NCBI GenBank assembly: GCA_001244265.2
Contig: CDLV01000006.1
Location: 310,001-374,000, forward strand
Source of the DNA: Microbotryum violaceum
Lineage: Eukaryota
Direction of reading: 5' to 3'
DNA: 64,000 bases
Of this stretch, positions 25,990 through 38,443 are shown piece after piece. Position 1 is the first letter of the stretch; each line of letters starts with the position of its first letter. Below the pieces are notes generated by a model. That model worked only from the letters and a program-made list of their open reading frames with translations. It searched no databases and was not told where the DNA came from. Position numbers and translations under genes: made by a program.

Positions 25990-27925
25990 TCGCCATGCCG
26001 CCGAAGAGAAGATACAAGTCCAAACCGTCGGTCTACAAATTGCAGGTCACCTGATGTGCCTCCGAGTCGCGGTGTGCTACGGACGTCGAACGCTTGGCCC
26101 AACTAGGGTTCATCTCTTCGACCGCTTCAATGCCGATGACCGCCTTCTCATTTCGACTGGTCGAGCAGGCCCACGCAAGCTGGAAGGGCAGCCCCCGCGC
26201 TATCACCGGCTATGCGGACGGCCTCAAAGAGTATTACTCTCGTTGTGGGTGGGGTCGGGGTCACTATACGGGACATCCTTGGGTGAGTTTGGACGCCGCC
26301 ATCGTCACATGGGCACATGCTTAAAGCCTGCCTTCCGCGCATACAGGACAAAGACCTTCGGAAGCAACGCGATCGACGAGTACCGCGCTCTCGAAACATG
26401 CGAGGAGGACAGCGGAGACCTTCTCGCAGGCACCGTCGATTCGTTCCAACAAGTGTCCCGCGTGCTTCGGGCCAACGTGACTTAATCAACCTTGTCACGA
26501 CGTCACATTGGATTACGTGTTTGCATATGACGACAACTTTCGGCAAACGCGTGAGAAAAACTCGAAGCATGGCCAGATTGTTCCGGACACTTTCTTGGGT
26601 GAGGAAGAGGTTCAGGCGATGAAGGCCGAGGTTGAAGCTTCGGTGCGGCCGACCAAAAAGGTGAGCAATGCCGCTTTTTGCATTTGCCTTAATAGGATCG
26701 CTTACCCCTACACCCACCCACCCTCGTAGGCGTGCACAGAGTCGTGGAAGGCTGCCGACGACGGAGCTGCTCCGACCACTCAGATCGTACTATGCGCTTG
26801 CCATCCTCAAGCACATCTCAGAGCGCCTTCCTGAAAACGCCAAGATCGGAGTCTTATACGACATTGCTTGTAACTTTAAGCACCATGTTGAAAAGGTATG
26901 CTTCGATCACGACGCGTCCCTTCCTCCTTAGTCTCGTTGGCACAGACCAAATGTGCCTACTTTCTAATCATTTGTCACCAGAGGCAGCTCCTGCCAAAGC
27001 TTTTCAAGCGACTGGAGTTCGCCACGAGCGTCTTCCATGCATACGCCCATATCTGGTCCTGCCAAGTCGAGTTCAACCCCTGCCTCATTCCGAACTTCGG
27101 GTTGACTGATGGAGAGGGCTGTGAGCGGGCTACGGTCGCTCATTCCGAGGAGTAGCAGCTGTGCGCGCCAAGGATCGAGTCGGTGAGGAGAAAGCGCGGA
27201 TCGGCGCCGAGGTGCGGCAAGCTTTGGCTTGGATCGAAGACGAAAAGACTCGTAGCACTAGTTTCCAAACACTTTGGACTAACAAGTCGGGTAAGTTTTC
27301 GATACAGCGTGCTCCATATCACCTCTTATGTCGCCCTGACATCTTTCAAACCATCCCAACAGATACCCTTCCTGAATCGATCGACCCAGCTGATGCCGAG
27401 TCCATATTCGGCACTGAAGATGTTGAAGAGATCCGAGACCGCGCGCTCATTATACTGGATCGCCGGATGGAGCTTCTTCAGCTGCGCGAATGTTCTTGGT
27501 CCCAGAACGACCATTTCTTCAATGTTTGGCTCGACACTCGCGGGCAGTCAGAGGGCGATTCCGAGCCCATGCGTCCTGCACTGTCAGAATCTCGTGGTTT
27601 ACATCAGCGACTGAACGCGACGGGGAGGATTGTCGAGAAGGCGAAACATCACCAGCTACCTGCACATAATCGATCGGGAACACGCGGTCCTATGGAGACA
27701 TCTGGCCTCGACTCGGCGCGGCCTGCACCGCTGGCCCGTGACGTTCAGCAAGTGCGGGTCATTCAGGCGCAGATGGATATGAGCGACGAGACTCAACTCG
27801 CAAAGGAGGTGGGGCCTTTCTCCGCATAACTCCTCGAGCAGGACGGTGAGATGGGCAGCTCTTCGGGTGAAAGCTACGGCGATGAATTCGCTGGTCAGGA
27901 AGACGAATACTTCTCGGGCGTTTAG
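25990..27925 (+). mobile_element. Kyakuja-Dileera-Zisupton (KDZ) transposase with CxC1-like domain, degenerate
   Basis: LGFISSTASMPMTAFSF (CxC1-like), KCPACFGP, AYDDNFRQ, VLYDIAC and FHAYAHIWSCQ..NFGLTDGEGCER. Frameshifts and deletions present. Confidence 0.88.
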
Positions 27926-28117
27926 ACCTGCTTCTGATGTAGATTGAATTAGTGGAGCAACTTAATTGTTTCAAAAACAATGGACATGGTGTTTGCAAAC
28001 TAAAGTCGTCTCAATTGCGGTAGGTGAGAGTAATAACACCGTCTTATAGGAAGAAATATTGTCAGACCTAATCTCTGGGCTGCGCCTGCCTTACTAGGCT
28101 CCCGCCGGGTGACTGGC

Positions 28118-28457
28118 CGGGTGACTTTTCAATCAAAGTGCATGCAACTGCTCGAGTACCTAGAATGTCTTCCACGTGAAAATAGGTGAGTGGATTTGAT
28201 CAATATAGAGAATGTATCTCTTACCTTCGGACAGGGTTGAATAGCAAAGTTGGCATGTGCGTGCAAGCCCTTCTTCCGAAGAAGATGGCTCGGCGGTTTC
28301 CCATACCAGTGCCGGGTGACTTTTCAATGAAAGCGCATGCAACTGCTCGAGTACCTAGAATGTCTACCACGTGAAAATGGGTGATTGCGTTTGGTCAATA
28401 TAGAGAATGTATCTCCTACCTTCGGACAGGGTTGAATAGCAAAGTTGGCATGTGCGT
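28118..28457. repeat. Diverged ~145-bp direct repeat (28118-28262 and 28313-28457)
   Basis: Both copies run from CGGGTGACTTTTCAAT to AAAGTTGGCATGTGCGT with scattered substitutions. Confidence 0.9.
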
Positions 28458-29069
28458 ATGGCTGGGCGGCTCTCTTTATGAGGATTCCCGCTCGAAGAAT
28501 TCGACTTCCTGCCATGGCGCGGCAAAAGACCCTTTGCACCGATCCCGATCCCTGCTACTGAGACTTGCGCCTCTTGACGGGGGCAGAAGTGCTGACAATT
28601 CATTTTAGTGCGGCGAATGCAAGAATTCTCTCTGCTTTGAGCACTCACTGTGGGGCCTGAGGATTGGCGGCCCACCTCATTGATGAGAAGGAGTGTTTTT
28701 TCAAGTAAGAGGTAGGTATGAGCGACCATCGATCATGTCTCGGAGTCAATTGAGGTTCTCGCTCCAAGAGCCTGTTACAAGCCTAAGCCTTCCATGTTTT
28801 CACCGAACCTATTATCGAGTTCGACCCACCTCTCATCAAGCACTTACTTTGTCGCTACTTCGCAAATTACGACTGATTACCTACGTGTTCCGCTCCGCTT
28901 GCGCGTTCAGAATTCAAGGGCTCAGATCAGTTCGCCGCCTTCTAGGAGCGCGCGCCGCTTGAAGTCAGCCGGCCGGGGGTCGTCACCGCGGCCCAGCAGC
29001 TCTGAATGGCACTTGGGCGAAGACCGAGCCCGGCCAGATGCAACCCTTGCCCGTTCACTTTAGTGTTAA

Positions 29070-30420
29070 CTAGGTTCGGCGGCGCGCGGAGCGCGCCACC
29101 TCACACCGTAACCGTTGACCTGCAATGTGATGTACTTGGTTGCAACAGCTGCGGTCTGTTGAGTCACGGAAGCGTAGTGGTTGAAGTCGGGAGAGAAGCG
29201 CGCGATGACAATCAAATGTACAGAGCCTTCATTTCATCATTGAACTACTTTTTCGTTCTCCGGGAGCCCGATGATGGGCTCAGACCGTCGTCGAGACCTG
29301 TGTCGAGTGCGTAGACCTTTTCACGGGTGTCGCAAGGTTGACTTGCGAGCTGCCAATCGAACCGAGCCGTACATGTTAGAATATCCTTTCGACCAGCTGA
29401 AAACATCGACGGGGCTGCATCAGCGCCTCTCGTTTCATCACTGGGAGCCCCCTGATGGGCTAAAACCGTCGTCGAGACCCGCGTCGAGTGTGGAGCAACG
29501 CCATCCCGGTGATGTTGAGACTCTGAAGATACTCGATCGAGAACAGTGTGATTCGTCTTCGTTTTCGACCGAATCTGCGCTATAGAACGTTTGAGCGTCA
29601 CCCGGCAGCAGGTCGAGCCCCATGTCGTTGACGTGGTCCACCTGCGAATTTTGGGGCGCCAGTTTTGCTCGCTCTCGGAAGTATTCGACTTTTTCGCCTA
29701 TCGACATATTGTCCAGTTCGAGCGCGGGACGGGATAAACGTGTCTGATCAACCCGGATCTGTTCCTCGTGGTCGCCGGCAGGAGAAGTTCACGTGGGAGC
29801 GCGATGAAATCTTCTGTTTTGCTTGCCAAGCCGTCCCCAACTCGAAGAAATCTGCAAAGCGCTGTGCCTTTGCCTGTTCCGTTTCGGCCATGCGGTCTGC
29901 AGCGGCCAGAAGCCAGAAGACGCATTGTTGGTCTGCGCTCGCACCGTGCCGTTGTTAGTATAGGGTCTAAAGGTCAGGCAAGGACTACTACTTACAGAGA
30001 GATCCCCGCAGAAGTCAGCATTCATGATGCAAGCGTCGACGATTTGTGTAGGCGATGACTTGGGAATAACGGGAAGGCACTGCTTCGAATCCCCTGTGAT
30101 GTTACAGTCCAACCGGTCAGTTAATCATGCTGCCCTGCGCTTTGCTTTGGAAAGATTGGCACACACCTGCCAACACGACGGTCACTCCACCGAACCGAGC
30201 CGTGGAATAACGGGAAGGCATTGCTTCGGATTTGCTGTGATGTTACAGTCCAACCGGTCACTTAGTCATGCTGCCCTGCGCCTTGCTTTTGAAAGATTGG
30301 CACACACCTGCCACCACGACGATCACTCCACCGAACCGAGCCGTTGAGGATCTGCCACGGATGGTGAGCCGCAATTCACGGAACCTGTTTTTTTTGCGTG
30401 ATTCCTCCTTTAGAACTATC
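29070..30420 (-). mobile_element. Helitron 2, non-autonomous remnant (PIF1 fragments); 5' end unresolved
   Basis: Canonical 3' end: hairpin GGTGGCGCGC-TCC-GCGCGCCGCC then GAAC-CTAG|T (CTAG 29070-29073). Helicase fragments FGGVIVVVAG, GDSKQCLPVIP, FLRVGDG and [16 protein letters not shown]. Confidence 0.85.
30063..30344. repeat. 141-bp tandem duplication inside Helitron 2
   Basis: 30063-30203 and 30204-30344 both begin GGAATAACGGGAAGGCA and end CCGAACCGAGCCGT. Confidence 0.9.
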
Positions 30421-31752
30421 AGTGTTCTTGCTGTTGTCCATTTGTAGCAATGGCAGTGAAGACTCACATTTAGTGTCCCATGAACCCGGATTCTCAACCG
30501 TACGAAGTCAATCCTTCCGCTGTTTCACTGACGTTCAATGTCTGTTTTTGGTATCAGTTTTTCCGTCATATCTAAGACTGCACAGCCATGTCAAGAGATA
30601 ACTCACGCATGCAGTGTCACCAGCTAACTGTGAAGAAACAACTCGAGAGTTGACATTCAAAGAGGACGTGTTGAAGGGTATCTCTGCTTGGTAGTTTTCC
30701 ATTAGCTTCTGATCAATCCCACATCAAGAGCACAGTTCATGAAGTTACTTACTCGAATTCGTAGCTATGCTGCATGTGGCAGCCATTTCTTGCTGCCGTA
30801 TTCGTTGCAGAGCTTCCTCGACGACCGCTTCAGTCGGATGTCGCGAGCTGGAGGTGGCGATGGGTAGGGTGTGAAGAGCAGAAGGGAGAAAGATGGAGGA
30901 GCCTGCGTCTCAGCTTAAGACGGGATCATAGAATGTCGCGGAACGCCGTGGAGTGAAGCCCCGTGACACGCTGGCGGGCCCCTAACGGCGGAATTGGCGC
31001 ACTGGCCGACGCTACCCGAGGTCTGGAACTGCTTCAAAGCGTGGAGGAACGAATCTCAAGCTTGGAGGTGAAGAACTGCGGGCCCGTTGCACTTGCCGTG
31101 CGACATTGAGACTGCCTGCTGCCGGTGCCAGTTGACTTGACGAACCAGTTTGCGCGACGTCGTCTTGATCGGTTTCGCGCTGCTGCTTCTCGCGAAGGCG
31201 TCGTTGCCGCTGAGCTTCGGCGATTGTTCGAGGTTGCTGGCGGCGACGTCTGTGCGATTCGAGCGGGAGTCGGGAGGAGTCGGATTGTGCGGAGGAGGAG
31301 GAACGCGAGTAGCTGCCGACGTCTCTGCTGCACCGCTGCGCTCCGTGAAGATTGTTGTACAGCAGACGGGACGTGAAAGCTTGCAGATGACTGCTCGGCA
31401 GTGGCAGAACTGGATGGTTGAAGGGACTACACTACGATGTGGCAGGCACGCAAAACCGGTCGTCTGGGAAGCAGAGGCATGTGCCAGGCCGCTTTTATGG
31501 GAAATGGAACCTCGGCGAACGTTGGAACCTTGGCGAAGGTAGGCGAAACGGTCTGTCACTGGCCCCATGCTGAATCAGCGCTAGCTAGTTCCGGGGACGC
31601 GCTAGACCGAGAGCTGCCGATGACGTCACGCCACGTGGTTTGTCTTTTGTTCTTTGACGTTCTTTGTCTAGATAACAGTCGGTTTTAGAGTATAGTAGGA
31701 TAAAGTTTTGAGGATTAGTAGATAAGTTTTAAGGATAGTAGGATCCGTGGAA

Positions 31753-32003
31753 TGTTATCGAAGGTTATGGAACTATCTCAAAAGAATGGAGAACGTGTAG
31801 AAGGAAATAGAAGCGAGTGAAAGCGAATAGAAGCGAATCGAATGAAAGCAAGAGAATGAGCCCGAAGCTCGAGATCCGTGATTGAGAAATGGAAGCCGAT
31901 GGACGCCGATGGAACGGCCAAGAAGCGCGACGATGGAATCGAATCGAAGAAGAACGTGGAAGCAGTTGGAACCAATTCGAAGCTTGGACGGGTGATCGTA
32001 ACA
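31753..32003. repeat. Possible solo LTR
   Basis: TGTTATCGA...TCGTAACA ends, strong purine/pyrimidine strand bias and GAATCGA-like repeats; no TSD found. Confidence 0.25.
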
Positions 32004-32167
32004 TCTACCTACCAAGTCTAAACCGTCGGAAGGAGGCCGTCGTGTGGTACGGGAGGGGACTCGAAGATGGCTGAAAAGTCGTCAGCGCCGCCAATACCAC
32101 CGACAGCTCCCCTTGGCCCTCATCGGATACTCCTATCCTCCAGCTCGGGAGTATTCCTGCCGCCCAT

Positions 32168-32500
32168 CAGCAAAATGGCCAAACGCGCGTAAGCGCGCGA
32201 AACCTCGTAAAGCAGTCGTTAAGCGGCCTAAAGCTGCTCTTAAGCGCCCTTAACCACTCGTTAAGCCGCGCGCGCGTTAAGTGTCGCTTAAGTGTGTACC
32301 CTAGATAAGGGACTCTTACGGCGCGCATACGGCGCGCTTAAGACTCCTCGCGCGCTTTGTTTGCATACGCAAAGCGGTCCGTAAGCGCTCTTATGCGCGT
32401 ATGCGTCCTTATGCGCATCTTAAGCACCGTTAAGCGCTGTTAAGCGCGCGTAATCTCGGGCGAATCCTTAAGCGGGTTCGCGCGCGTGGCCATTTTGCTG
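32168..32500. mobile_element. 333-bp MITE with 14-bp TIRs and internal TAAG/CTTA-GCGC repeats
   Basis: CAGCAAAATGGCCA (32168-32181) and TGGCCATTTTGCTG (32487-32500). Interior built from TTAAG and GCGCG motifs. Confidence 0.75.
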
Positions 32501-32742
32501 TTGCACGCGCCTCGTGCGTGGACAGCAATGGAACCAGAGGCAGTCTTTTGTTCGCACATGTTGAACATTCGGTATCAGAACTGTTCCCAAACTCGCTCGC
32601 CGCCCGGCCTGGGCAGATCAGCAACCAGTCGGGCTCGGCGGATACAACGACACCGCACATGCTCGGACTCTGCACGAGTCAACCACTGACCGTCCCAGCG
32701 TGAAGAGAATACTAATTCGAGTGATCTTGCGGGAGCTCATGG

Positions 32743-32878
32743 AGTAGAAGTCAAGGCAGCGGCGCACCCGGGTCAAGCCGGCGGCGGTTCCCCCATTGGT
32801 AGCCACGGCGGGCGGACTGGTGCGTGGCCACAACCGCCGCCGGCTTGACCCGGGTGCGCTGCTGCCTTGACTTCTACT
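32743..32878. mobile_element. 136-bp hairpin MITE
   Basis: 47-bp arms 32743-32789 and 32832-32878 with one mismatch. TA at 32745-46 and 32875-76 could be a Tc1/mariner-type TSD. Confidence 0.75.
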
Positions 32879-32918
32879 ACCTCCCAATAGGGGCTACACA
32901 TATGACAAGCGGCTCCAT

Positions 32919-35498
32919 TCACCCTGCAATCCTCGTGACTCCGTCGTTCCATGTTTCAACCCTCCTCGCGGTGAGATAAGAGTATGTCGAGCTCTTGGTT
33001 CTGTGAGAGCACAAGTGAAAGTCGTAGCTGCTCAGTGTGATGAACCCGAGTGCATCGCAGACGTATTCTGGACCAACCCGACAAAACCAACTGCTCGAGA
33101 CAACAGCAACGAATCGAGCATGGAAGGATACCAACCACCGAAGCGCACGTCTGTGCGCGTGACACACGAGTCTCCTCAGCGCAGGAGAAGGGGAGCGCTG
33201 CTCCAAGCGAATGAAACTGACCTGTGGCAAATTCCTGATGGTTGATGCGCAGCCACCCCAAGTCGGCCAATTTGTTGAGAAAGGGATCGTCCGTCGCGTC
33301 GGTAGCAAAAATGACCGGCAGGTCCCTTTTGCCTCCGATTCCAGACCACTTGCGCTTCTTTCTCAACTCGCTCTGCACCTCGATCACGGCCCTCGTGTAG
33401 CTTCCTACATCATCCCCTGCGATACGTCCGAGGGACACAAAGTCTCCACGACGTAGATGGACACCGATGAAGGGTTTGCGAGCGCCAGAACGTCCCATCA
33501 TAAACGTCAAAAGCTCATCGGCGATGTGCGAGATATGCGCATTGTAGTGAAGATGCTGCCCGACCGAAGTCCAAACTGGATCATTGGGAGACAACTCTTC
33601 GATCGTGTAAGATTGGTCTACGGCCCCTTCCACAAAGTGAATTGATGGGACTGATTTGGTTCATAAAGGCGGTATTAGCACAACTCCTTGTCTCGCTTCA
33701 TAGTCAAATCCCCAGCTCTAGGGATCACCCACTGACCGTAGAAGAGATTCTCGAAGCACATCAGCTTCGTGTCAGGCGGATCCGGCGCATTCTCCCAACC
33801 TCCATATATGCGCTGAGCGCTCTCGTCTAACCACTTTCGATTGCTCTGACTTGCCAACACCTCCATCGCGGGGAAACTCATGCTCGTCTGAATTGAGCTT
33901 GGGACCGTGAGCTGACCAGGCGGGGGCCAAAAGAATGTCTGAACATTGTATCCCTTCAGCGGCGCGTTGTCTTGCCACCCCCAACACGAGAGCTTTTCGG
34001 GTGTGGTGCCTGTTTCAAGTGGGATCTTGACCTCTTGCCACTCCATAATCGAGACATTTGTCAAGAAGGAGAACAGGTCGAGGTCGAAGAATCTGGAATA
34101 GCCAACGTTGGGGGCGTGCTCGTGTGTGGCCATCAGCTCGGATCTACAGGCGAGTGGTGAAATGACAAGGTCAGACCGACGATGTTGTTTCAAATGAGTA
34201 GTCAATCTTAGATCTACTTACAGGATAACGTCTCGGTTGAGCAGCTGACCCAGATGGACGAGCTTGAGAATCTCCATCAGTTGATTCGCTGCCCACACAT
34301 CCTCGCCCAGGACTAGGTTTAGTTACGAAGCAAATATATCAGAGAGGCGGAAGGCTACATTAGCTCACTGGTACCTCCATACGGGAACGAGGTCACGTAG
34401 CCATGGTCGTCCCTGAGGTTGTCTCTGAAAGATTTGAGTGGGATCCGGGTGTTGAGAGGCTTTGTCCCGCACCAACGGAAGGAAACCCCAGACAGTCACC
34501 CGATAAGCTGACTGGCAGAGCGCAGCATGTACCAACGCAAATCGCGGCCCAACTTACATTCTTCCTGGCAGGCACTTCGCCCTTCCACTCACCGCCGTAA
34601 GCGCCAATGAGTTTGCCGAAAGCGTAGCGGATTCCAGCGGCACCTCTGGTAGTTTCGCCAATCCAGCTACCTCGGTACAGCTGTACCATAGCATCGACAG
34701 ATGATTCATTCGTGATGCTGCGACTTTGTATCGCTGTCCTATACACGACATAGACCGAGATGGGGAGCAGGAGCAAGACGAGGATTCGACGAGGAGCTCG
34801 TAGGGTGGACCGTAGCGTCGATGATAGCACATTCAATATGTTGCTCGGTTTATGGGTACTCCTGTACCGCTGGAAGGTAGAAAAGCGGCCCGCAAGCTCG
34901 ATTCAGTACTCCGATCAGAGGACGTAAGGAGCCCACCCCACATAATCAGAGCCAGCCTGAGCGCAAGGCTAGAAACTCACCGGTGCATCACTACCATCGG
35001 TGCCATCGATGTCTAGTTCGACATAACTTTTTCTCCGCTTGATCGTGCTATCGTCGTCGCCGCCGTCGACCCACATAGGAGGTCCAACGCTCCCTCTGGG
35101 AGCTCCTGAGGGCTGGCTCTGTCCTTGCCCTTGCCCTGAGCTCATGGGCCAGAACGATGCGACGACCGAGTTGGCACGACTCCATTCCCCCTTCTGTGAC
35201 GTCGGGAGGTTGGTGCGTGATATATTGAGCAACGTGTTGCTCGTTGTCAGCTCATCAAGCGAAGTAATCGAGGCCGACGTGGACGGCGACGAGGCTAGCC
35301 GGACTCCGTCGGCTGCCACGTCTGGGTCATTCGAGTAACCGTAGGACCTGTGCGATCAGATGTTATACACATATTGTATCAGTGTCAGGTCAAAGATGTT
35401 TTGAACCTGCAAAGCTCCGGCGAGAGACCCTTCTCTGCATCGGACAGTGCAGGCGATCAGGCGTGAGCTTACGGTCTTCGCCCGAGTGCGGAGCTCAT
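32919..35498 (-). CDS. Multi-exon O-fucosyltransferase-like (POFUT/GT65-GT68-type) membrane protein
   Basis: TM RILVLLLLPISVYVVY; motifs TSFPYGG-TNQLME, FIGVHLRRGDF, VIFATD and GGWYPSMLD..LSRAVGFVGTKSSTYS. Ends ...TRIAG*. Start MSSALGRRP inferred from splice sites. Confidence 0.75.
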
Positions 35499-35899
35499 CG
35501 TCAGCTTCGGCGCGGTTGGCGGCGATCTCCCGGATTCCAAGCTAATGATCGATGTGATGAGAGCCAATCGTGGATCGATAACAAGTAGAGTATGGTCGCA
35601 AGGTGAGGATGTTGCGTGGTGCACTACACGTGAGCCAGCTGCAGTGTGGTGATGCGACGGTCGGTTCCTTGTCGCCCAAAGGTTGAGACAATAGCCGAGA
35701 TGGCTAGCTTCTGCCTGCTTCTGCTAATTTCCCGCTTTGGGAGCAAGGCCTGGCCCAGTGTTGCCCTTGGTGTTGCCCAGCGCCGCCACGGCACTGCCGG
35801 GCGCGGCGCGCAGCAACCTTTTCTGGCTGGCCGGAGCGGGGACGTGGCGGGCCTCGACTGGGCTCAGCGCAGATATGCCATTACAACCTCGACAACTCT

Positions 35900-38411
35900 A
35901 AGTATCGGCGCCTGCCAACCAGTTGGCGGATAGGAGCTACCGTACGTAGGACCAAAGACGAGCCTGCCCGTCGGGAACAACTTGTGCTTGAGGCCAGAGA
36001 GTACATATTAGGGTAGAGTGGAGCAATCAGCGGGGTCAAGGCCACTATAAGTCGCGACACCAGAGCCGCCTGAGCCGACATAGCCAAAGTCAAGGCAAGA
36101 AGCAGGGAGCGGAATGACTGGCGAACAGTCAACCATCGACAAGTCCGTCGACGCAGACCCTTCAAGCCACTCGCAAGCTTCTCGTGTCCCCGCATTCGCG
36201 ATTTAAAAAAAAATAACAACCTCGACGTATGGCTCGATCACGTTCGCTTCACCGTCGACAGGCGTCAGTGGTAGCTCTCCTTTCCCAAGCAGTACCCATC
36301 TGCTAAATGCAAGGACGACGATGAACTCGATCGAGCTCATGATGCGGTACACAGGGCAATGCATCAAACCTGTTCAGAAAGTGTGGCGCATCTCCTGGTC
36401 AGCTGCTACGACATGACACCGGAGCAGACGGTGGAATACCTTCGAAAGCACCTCGGTCGGTCTTCCCTTCGCGGCATTATCACGCAAATCGGAAAGTTGT
36501 TCTCGGTCGGACCGCCACCAGCACAGGAAGACGATTATCTTCCTTGGGCCGGATCCATCACTCGCCTCACAACTGACCTACGGGCTCACAAGTTGACGTT
36601 CGATCAAGTGGTTGCATGCCACCTCATTGCGATTGTGAGGGCTCGACGACCGTCGTATCTGGATGAGTTCGATTCCAAAGGCGTCGATGCGATGCCAACT
36701 GTCGACACAGTGATCGCAGCAGATCGAGCTCCAGCAAACTTGAGACAAGATACTGGGAACGCTGCGACGGCGTTGTTGGCCACGACTGGTGCCCAACCGA
36801 AGCCGAAGAAGAAGAAGTTTCCACGACGCGAGACGACCAAAGGCGAGGAACCGATGGCGAATTGGCGCTCCCTTCGGTTGAAGACATTCTGGGGACCGAT
36901 TCCGTTGGCGCGTTCTTCACGCAATTACCAAAGGGACACTCTCGAGAAGTGATCCTCTACGACACGGCAGCAACTCATCACGTCAGCAATGATCCTGCCG
37001 CGTTCGCTGACCTGAAGGCGACAGCTCCGTCTTCGTTGAAGGGCATCAATGGTGACGGAAAGACCATTATGGGAGTAGGCACGGCCTGCGTCGAAGACGA
37101 GAACGGCAAGAGGTACAAACTGGTCAACAGCATCTTCGCAACTAGCGCCCCCGCCAATCTCTTCGCCGGGCATCGAGCTGATCGTGATAGTCGCAAGATC
37201 ACCATTCAAAACGGGCGATTCACGGTGGCGGGAAATGACAACATCCTACTTACGGGACAGAAGCTCAATTCGGGGTTGTACCGTCTGGACCTCAAGTTGG
37301 TTCAAGCTCGAAGTGCACCCCTTGATTGTGCGTCAGCCACAGCTCTGACAGCAGTGCCTCTCCACATCTGGCACGGACGTTTCGCTCATCTACTCTGCCG
37401 TTCCCTTCACCAGCTGTCCAAGTCTCACGCTGTGATAGGTTTGAACATGAAGTCTCGCAGTGACTTAAAATGCGAATCGTGTCTGGCCGGCAAAGCTACG
37501 CACAAGCCGTTCCCAAACTCCGAATCGCTAGCCGGAAAACCCTTCGATCTCGTCCACATCGGTCTATTGTCCTTCGACGGCGAGCTGTCACTTGCAAATC
37601 ATCGCTACGTGCTAGTTATCGTCGACGATTGTACGCGGTACATGTGGGTGTTGACGATGCCGCGGGAGTCGGACTCCTTCGAAAGGTTCAAAACGTGGAA
37701 ACTACGGGTCGAGCTGTCGTCAGGGCACACTTTGAAATGATTCGTTGGTTGGATACGTGGGATACTCGGATTCAGACTGGGGTTCCTGCATCAACACGTC
37801 CCGATCTATAATGGGGCATGTCTTTAAGCTGGCTGACGGGCCAATTTCTTGGAGTTCTCGGATCCAGAGCCGAGTGGTGACGTCGTCAACGGAAGCGGAA
37901 TACATCGGCCTTACTCATGCGTCTCGAGAGTGTCAGCTCTTGCGAAATTTGCTCGCGGAATTGGGAATCACGATTTGGGGGCCGATCAAGGTGCAATAGC
38001 TCTCACAAAGAATCCAGTGTTCCACGATCGAACTAAGCACCTACACCTGACGGAGCATTTCGTCCGAGAAGGGGTACGAGAAGGTGACATCGTTGTTAAC
38101 TATCTTCCAACCGCAGAGATGCTTGCCGACATGTTTACGAAGGCGTTGACGAGACCGGCACTAGAGAAGCATAGGGCGGCCATAGGAATGGGAATCATGT
38201 AGGCCTCAGAGCGAGGGGGGGTGTTGAATTGACACTTGAGGAGTACACTCTGCAGACTACATGAGCGCGAGCGCGCGCGGGCTTTCTCTTAGCTTCCTTC
38301 TGATTCGAGCGTTCTAACGTATTGAACCACTTCGAATCAGGTCAGTAGTACTCACGGTATCATTGCAATAGTTAACTGAGCGCTCTAACGTATTGAACCA
38401 CCTCGAATCAG
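35900..38411 (+). mobile_element. Ty1/Copia LTR retrotransposon remnant with internal deletion; 5' LTR not seen
   Basis: gag-like ORF 36359-36952, protease ILYDTAATHH, WHGRFAH..CESC zinc finger, integrase start YVLVIVDDCTRY and RNase H VGYSDSDW..SSTEAEY..LADMFTKAL. Polypurine tract GAGCGAGGGGGG then TGTTG LTR start at 38222. Confidence 0.93.
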
Positions 38412-38443
38412 ACGCCGAGATTCTAGAGTTCCGTAGTAGGAGG

